A stretch of DNA of 35,807 nucleotides. It comes from Thraustochytrium aureum (Eukaryota). Positions 29,789 through 35,807 of this stretch are shown one piece after another. The stretch covers positions 1-35,807 of the forward strand of contig BLSG01000280.1 of NCBI GenBank assembly GCA_012862495.1, written 5' to 3'. Below the pieces are notes generated by a model, which was given only the letters and a program-made list of their open reading frames with translations, was not told where the DNA came from and searched no databases. How positions within the stretch are numbered: position 1 is the first letter of the stretch; every line of letters starts with the position of its first letter. The translations under genes and the position numbers were made by a program.

Positions 29789-31560
29789 ATGGTGGTCCGC
29801 GAGAGGCTCTCGCTGACGCACTCGCCGTCTGGCAACTTTTTAATCAGGCCATCGCCCGTGGCAAGACGGACTAGCTCGCTGCAGGGCGCCGACGTGAGCA
29901 CGCTCGAGTCGGACGACATCGAGAAGGAATTCCTCGAGATTGACGCACTGACGGAGGACAAGTTGCGCAAACTGGCGAACACGCACGACCTCGCCCACGT
30001 CAAGCAGCTCGAGTTTCGCGTAGACACGACCGACCAGTCCATCTCACAGCTCGGGCGCATGCTGCCTTGCTTGAGCGAGCTTTCGCTGAACCGCAGCGTG
30101 GTGTCGAGCTTTCGCGACTTTGGCACATCGCTGCGCAGCCTTCAGGTATTGCACTTGTCATCCAGCCACGTCAACGACCTTGACGGCGTGGGCGCATTGG
30201 ATGCGCTCAGAGAGCTGTACGTCCAGTCCAACTATATCAAGAGCCTGACGCCTCTCGCAATGCACGACTGCCTGCAGGTGCTCGACCTCGGGGCAACCTC
30301 GTTGCCGACCTGACGGAGGTGGACCAGCTCGGGACTTGCTTTGGCCTCGAGCGCCTATACTTGGCCTGCAATGCAGTAGCTCACGTTGAGAGCTATCGCC
30401 AGATCGTCTGCCAGCTGCTCCCGCAGCTCAAGGCTCTGGACGACGAGGACGTCAGCGCAACAGACCAGTCGCCCGTTGATGCAGCAGCAATGGACCGCGC
30501 TTCGACCTTCCTGAGCAAGCTCGACGACCAGGCGGTCCACCGCCTGTCGGACGCGGCCCGCCCGCCTGCAGGTCCTGCGGGGTCGTCTGCGGCGGCCAGT
30601 TCGGACGACGCTGAGATTATCCGGGCTCGCCCCAGCACGCCGCGCGGCGAGCGTTTGCGGCTGGCGAGGAGGACGCAAGAAACGCGNNNNNNNNNNNNNN
30701 NNNNNNNNNNNNNNNNNNNNNNNNNNNNNNNNNNNNNNNNNNNNNNNNNNNNNNNNNNNNNNNNNNNNNNNNNNNNNNNNNNNNNNNNNNNNNNNNNNNN
30801 NNNNNNNNNNNNNNNNNNNNNNNNNNNNNNNNNNNNNNNNNNNNNNNNNNNNNNNNNNNNNNNNCGTGCTTGGCAGCGTCAATGAGGACGCAAACTTATG
30901 CAGCTCAAATTGGAAGAGCTCTTGCTGCTCAGCTCTGGGCTCGAGAAGGAGTTCAAGCGGCTGCAACGCTCTGACAGGCCCTCGGAAAGCCCCAAGTCGC
31001 GCATGCTCCGAAAAGGCCAGGCGGACGAGGATTCGCCAAACGGCACTGCCAGCGCGCGGCGGTCCTCTTCTACAGGCCGGACCGCTCGGCGCGTGAGCGA
31101 AGGCGACGGTGCAGTGATTAGCCGGGACGAGCGGCATCGTCGGCGGCGCTCCGCCAACAATCAGGGCGACGACCCCAGCGACCGTACCGCCCCGTACGCG
31201 GCCGAATCGGGCGCCTTATTCGATGAGGACGGCGCGAACGAGGAGGAGCGCTGCAGCAGCCGGCGCTCGGAGCGCAGCCGGCCCATGACTGCGGAGTGCG
31301 AGCAAGAGTCCGCCGCAAGACGGACAGCCACAAAGACGTCAAAGCTCAAGACGGTCTGGAAGCCTTCACCAAGGGTGCGCCGCCAGACGCTCAAGGAGGC
31401 AACAACCTCGCCGCTGTCGGCTGTTGGCGCCATTATGGCACCGCGGCCCGTGGACGACGTCTCGGAGCTCGCCCAGTTCACTGCGGGCCTCTCCGATGAC
31501 GAGTGCGGCGACGAAGAGGATCTGGACCTTGCCGAGGAGGAGACCAAGGCGATCTGCTGA
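29789..31560 (+). CDS. LRRC56: Leucine-rich repeat protein 56-like (ODA8/DNAAF12; outer dynein arm assembly/IFT cargo)
   Basis: LTEDKLRKLA...VKQLEFRVDTTDQSISQLGRMLPCLSELSLNRSVVSSFRDFGTSLRSLQVLHL...DLDGV...LRELY. A frameshift at GGGG 30290-30293 restores LDLGGNLVADLTEVDQLGTC...LYLACNAV...YRQIVCQLLPQLKALDD (LRR cap). The low-complexity tail after gap 30687-30864 is assumed to belong to the same gene, and the start is tentative. Confidence 0.8.
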
Positions 31561-31618
31561 GCCAAGTTCAAAATTGCGTTGACTGTGTCATCCTTTTTTC
31601 TGCAACTTCTAGTACGTC

Positions 31619-33044
31619 CTACTTGGCCTTTTTCTGCTTGCCCGGCTTTTCCTTGGTCGGCTTTTTGGCCACTTTGCCCTTGTCGCCGAGCGAGCGCTTG
31701 GCGCTCTTGAGCTCCTTGGTGAGCTGTTTCAGCCGCAGCTGCGCGCGGGCGAAAACCTCCTCGTCCAAGGCTGGCTTTGCCTCCTCGGGGCCCTCGCTGT
31801 GCTCGGCCGCCACGGCTGCGGCAGCAGATGCGGCCGCCGCCGCTGCAGCAGCGGCGCCTGCTGCGCCAGGCAAATATGCCACCCCCACTTCGTCCTGCGG
31901 AGTGGCTTGTAGCGCTGCAGCTGCCTGCGCGATCGCGGCCTGCCTGGCTGCTTGCGCGACGACCTCCTCGGCGTGCTCGAGGAGGCCCTCAAGCCGGTGG
32001 AGGACGGTCTCGATGTCAGAAATGCGCCCGCCAGTGCCCGCCTTGTGCGCCGCGGTAACGTCCGCGTTGACGCACTCGAGCAGCTCGACCTCGAGGCGGA
32101 GGCGCCGCAAAAGCGTTTCAGCACGCTCGGTGAGGACATCATCGTCGTCGAGCTCCTCTGCCGCGCAGTCCGGACCCTCGCCGCTGGCCACGCCCGTGCC
32201 GCCGTCTGCTGTAGGATCGGGCCCAGAGGCGTCCTCGTCCTCGTCCTCGTTGTTGTTGCCGTGGCTAATGACGGACCGAGGGCTCGGGTTTGTTCCGGCG
32301 GTCTCGTCGTCCGCTGCCTCGTCCTCGTCCTCCTCGTCTGGGTCCTTGGACTCGGCAACGAGGGCTTTGGCGTTGTCGCCCGAATGATCGTCCTCTAAGC
32401 GGTCGCCAGCCCCAGCGCCGAGCTTTTTCGTCTTCCGCCCCTTCTTGTTGAGCTTGGTCTTGCGCTTCTTTTTGAGCGCGGCTTGGCCCACCTGCGCGCT
32501 GTCGGTGACGGTTTCCGCGCGCGAGGCTGCGGCAAGCGCGGCCATCTGTGCGCTCTTCCGGCCTCCAAAGAGGATGCGGTTGCGCCTGAAAGCGTCGAGC
32601 CGGTGCTCTGCCTCAGCGACTTGAGCGAGGGATACATTCTCTGGAGACTCTGCCGCCTCGAGCGTGGCCAGGCCTGCACAGAGGTTGGCCCGCGTCTCCA
32701 AGTAGATGTACACCCTCGATGCGCGCGCGAGCGCCGAGGCAGGCACGGCAGCCCTCTTGGCAGTCCTCAGCGCGCTCAAGAGCGGGCGAAGGTCGCCTTC
32801 TGGGTCCTCAATGCGGCTGGGGTCCTCCAGAAAGTCGGCAACGCAAGCGTCGAGGCGGACGCGGCCCTGCAGCACCGCGAGCGCCTTTTTCGCCGCCGCA
32901 ACCAGCTCTGGCGACACAAAGCAGGCCTGTGCAGTGTTGACCGCCAGCTTGAGCTGGTCGGTGCGCCCCTCAAGCGCTTCAAGCATGGCCAGCACGCGGC
33001 TCGTGCGCAGCGTGCGGCTCCGTGCCTCGCGGGCGAGCCTGGCA
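31619..33044 (-). CDS. Hypothetical alpha-helical protein with acidic loops and Lys-rich C-terminus (5' part in gap)
   Basis: About 475 codons open with coding-like composition; internal KKKRKTKLNKKGRKTKK and terminal KKPTKEKPGKQKKAK*. Confidence 0.65.
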
Positions 33045-33667
33045 NNNNNNNNNNNNNNNNNNNNNNNNNNNNNNNNNNNNNNNNNNNNNNNNNNNNNNNN
33101 NNNNNNNNNNNNNNNNNNNNNNNNNNNNNNNNNNNNNNNNNNNNNNNNNNNNNNNNNNNNNNNNNNNNNNNNNNNNNNNNNNNNNNNNNNNNNNNNNNNN
33201 NNNNNNNNNNNNNNNNNNNNNNNNNNNNNNNNNNNNNNNNNNNNNNNNNNNNNNNNNNNNNNNNNNNNNNNNNNNNNNNNNNNNNNNNNNNNNNNNNNNN
33301 NNNNNNNNNNNNNNNNNNNNNNNNNNNNNNNNNNNNNNNNNNNNNNNNNNNNNNNNNNNNNNNNNNNNNNNNNNNNNNNNNNNNNNNNNNNNNNNNNNNN
33401 NNNNNNNNNNNNNNNNNNNNNNNNNNNNNNNNNNNNNNNNNNNNNNNNNNNNNNNNNNNNNNNNNNNNNNNNNNNNNNNNNNNNNNNNNNNNNNNNNNNN
33501 NNNNNNNNNNNNNNNNNNNNNNNNNNNNNNNNNNNNNNNNNNNNNNNNNNNNNNNNNNNNNNNNNNNNNNNNNNNNNNNNNNNNNNNNNNNNNNNNNNNN
33601 NNNNNNNNNNNNNNNNNNNNNNNNNNNGCAATTGTAGCAGCTCTGCTCGCCAGAGACCAGGCGCTGC

Positions 33668-33817
33668 AAGGCCGAAGCAGGCCGCGGGACGGCACTGACC
33701 TCCAAACGTGCCCCGCCTCGAGCAAGCCAAGCGCTCGACTCAAAAGGCCGAAGCAGGCCGCGGGACGGCACTGACCTCCAAACGTGGCCCGCCTCGAGCA
33801 AGCCAAGCGCTCGATTC
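33668..33817. repeat. 76-bp direct tandem duplication
   Basis: aaggccgaagcaggccgcgggacggcactgacctccaaacgtg(c/g)cccgcctcgagcaagccaagcgctcga occurs at 33668 and 33744. Confidence 0.9.
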
Positions 33818-34655
33818 GATGGGCTCCGCGCCGCGCCACATCTACGAGACGCACAACGCACAGTACCCCCACGCCGTAGACCACGTACTCTGCACAAGTA
33901 GAGCACGCACTCAGAAAACTTACTCCATCGTGATGTACTTGTAAACGTGGGCAAACGGCGAGCTCTCGTGGCACATTCGCGAGCATCGAACGCGACAGAG
34001 CGAGCGCCCGAGAGGAGTCTCGTATCGCTTTCTTTTCGTCACCAAATCAGGATTCTTGAAGGTTTGCCAAAAAGTGCGAGGGTCCGCGCCGGACCAAAAA
34101 GCCACTGGGATTTTTGAAGTGGCTGGCCACCCCCCGACAACGAATCTCTCTGCGCGCTTCTTCGCGCGGACGTTGGGACCGTGGCGCTCGGGACTCTGGC
34201 GACGCGCGCCGCGAAGTCGCGCAGTTTATTCAGGCGATGCGAGGTCCGTGGAGGCGATTATAGCGCGGCGCGAGAAGAAAAACACGCTTCCGAAGAGCGT
34301 TGGCTTGCAGGAACGGTTCGCGACTGCGCGGGGTTTGGCTGGGGCGGCTCGGATGTTGCGCGGGCTGGGTGCCACAGGCGCAGTTGCGTGTCAGCATCGC
34401 AGCGGTGTCAGCTCTCGGCTCCAGTGTGCTGTTTTCAGCCCCATTGGGCTGGAGTGGGTCTCAATGGCGCCCCGGCGAGACGCCCAAGTTGGCGCTGCCC
34501 AAATGAAGGCCTTACCCCATCATCGTCCAACTTTTGGCGGTAGCCCCTTCGCTCCATCACGTTGGTGCAGCGCTGTGATCCGCCCACCTGATGCGCTGGG
34601 GCGCTACGCAAGCACCGCGTTCAACTTGGCCGCCTGACGCAACGAGCTGGAGGTT

Positions 34656-34682
34656 CTGGCTGGCTGGCTGGCTGGCTGGCTG
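34656..34682. repeat. (CTGG)n microsatellite
   Basis: ctggctggctggctggctggctggctg, just upstream of ATG 34698; same motif as at 29254. Confidence 0.85.
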
Positions 34683-34697
34683 CTTTGGCGGTAGACA

Positions 34698-35807
34698 ATG
34701 GAACAAGAACGCGGAGATATGAGTCATGAGTTGAGTTGGACGTCTCACTATGTCTATGAGCGGCGGCGGAGCGCTGCCCCGAGCGCTTTGGAAGCACTCG
34801 AGGTCGGTGCGCTCTACGTGCACGTTCTTCGCCTTTTCATGCTTCTTGAAGACGATCACGCCGTACACCTCGCCTTCATGGCCTTCGTGGTGCGAAAAGG
34901 CCCCGGCCCCGCCTCTCTTGACCGCCCATTTGTTGACTTCGCGCAAGAGCTTGAAGTGGTCATCCGAGCACCAACCCAGCTACCAGTCTGGGTGTGCGAG
35001 CTGGCGCAAAATGCTGCTGTCGCGGCAGCCGCTGCAGACGTCGAGCAAACCCGCCTTGACCCAGCGAGCCTCGAAGAACTGAACGAGGAGACCAAGACGG
35101 CGTTCCCGGGTGCCGCGAGCCGTCTCCAACCGTTCTTGTCCTCGAACACACGGAGCGGGTGGGACAACGACGGTGAGCGCGGTCTGCTGCTCCACGGGCC
35201 GCCTGGTATGGGCAAGTCGACGCTGTGTCGCCAGGTTTGCAAGCATCTCTTCAACGACGACATGAGCTGTGTGCTGTTCTTCAAGTCCGCGTCTGACTTG
35301 AACCAGCCCTTTGTGGGCGAGTCAGAAAAACTCCTGCGCAACTTGGCAAGCCGTGCGCTTGCGGCTCCTGGCAAGCTTTTCCTCTTCGTGCTGGAGGAGG
35401 TGGATACAGTCGCCACGGACCCGGACAAGAGGAAGGAGGTCTCCGGGGCAGACCACAAGACGGACAAGCTGTCCAGGTTGTGTCCGACACCCCCAACATC
35501 ATCTTCATCGCGACAACCAATTCCCTTGCGCGTCTGGGCGGACGCCTCCTCAGGCCCAGCCGGTTTGGCTGCCACATCTTCATACGCGATTCATTTCCGC
35601 TTGTGCGATACGCGCAACCCTTGTTGTCCTGCATCCATGACGCGACCTCGTCCGTCCACAAGCACCAAGGCAAAGCAGGGGCGCCTTCACCGTCACCACC
35701 TCGAGTCTCACAAGCGCGCCCAGGCAGCGCGCGCGCAGGCATCCACGCACCAGCGCGCCACACCCCGCGCGCCACCAGCCCGCCAACCACCGTCCATCGC
35801 GCGCATC
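34698..35807 (+). CDS. Classical-clade AAA+ ATPase (frameshifted at ~35473, runs off the window; gene or pseudogene)
   Basis: Absent from the ORF track because it has no stop in the window. Manual translation from ATG 34698 gives RGLLLHGPPGMGKSTL (Walker A, 35196-35219), ASDLNQPFVGESEKLLRNL (pore loop 1) and FLFVLEEVD (Walker B variant). The -1 frame then gives QVVSDTPNIIFIATTN (sensor 1) and LLRPSRF (SRH/Arg finger). Confidence 0.75.
   Translation, partial: MEQERGDMSHELSWTSHYVYERRRSAAPSALEALEVGALYVHVLRLFMLLEDDHAVHLAFMAFVVRKGPGPASLDRPFVDFAQELEVVIRAPTQLPVWVCELAQNAAVAAAAADVEQTRLDPASLEELNEETKTAFPGAASRLQPFLSSNTRSGWDNDGERGLLLHGPPGMGKSTLCRQVCKHLFNDDMSCVLFFKSASDLNQPFVGESEKLLRNLASRALAAPGKLFLFVLEEVDTVATDPDKRKEVSGADHKTDKLSRLCPTPPTSSSSRQPIPLRVWADASSGPAGLAATSSYAIHFRLCDTRNPCCPASMTRPRPSTSTKAKQGRLHRHHLESHKRAQAARAQASTHQRATPRAPPARQPPSIARI

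Noticed and set aside
17830..30295. Frameshifts in five conserved genes (about 17835, 21158, 24241, 28820, 30291) read as programmed frameshifting, RNA editing or mass pseudogenisation
   Set aside because: Each is repaired by a one-base change in a short homopolymer run (CCCC, AAA/GG, CCCC, GGGG/TTT, GGGG). Both sides keep intact motifs and have no premature stops, and no slippery-heptamer pattern is shared. Homopolymer sequencing error in a gappy draft is the simplest explanation; raw reads would settle it.
33668..33817. 76-bp direct repeat as a CRISPR array or LTR
   Set aside because: Only two abutting copies, no spacers, no TG...CA ends and no internal retroelement ORF; the context is eukaryotic.
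1..35807. Alternative genetic code (no called gene ends in TAA)
   Set aside because: Few genes, and high GC favours TAG/TGA. No in-frame TAA was seen within conserved domains.

Overview
GC-rich, gene-dense, intron-poor eukaryotic genomic DNA from a draft assembly, with 12 N-gaps and repeated single-base frameshifts at homopolymer runs. The gene content (LRRC56/ODA8, kinesin-13-like motor, N-acylated PKG, sterol reductase) points to a flagellated protist; a stramenopile such as a labyrinthulomycete is plausible, but that is inference only. About 14 protein genes, in order: a mitochondrial-targeted uL10-like protein (partial, -); a myristoylation-type cGMP-dependent kinase; a GFG-pore cyclic-nucleotide-domain K+ channel; a coiled-coil protein; a small N-acylated Cys/His zinc-module protein; a J-domain protein; a very large EF-hand/C2/coiled-coil/degenerate kinesin-14-motor/EF-hand protein with one clear 76-nt intron; a divergently transcribed MGxxxS kinesin-13-like motor; a PIP kinase with a PX domain inserted in its catalytic domain; a signal-peptide plus KDEL ankyrin protein, head-to-head with an ERG4/ERG24-family sterol reductase; LRRC56; a helical Lys-tailed hypothetical; and a AAA+ ATPase missed by the ORF track. 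The most striking candidate system is the Ca2+/lipid-sensing pseudo-kinesin paired head-to-head with an acylated kinesin-13 that lacks the KVD motif. No RNA genes, CRISPR arrays or recognisable mobile elements were found.
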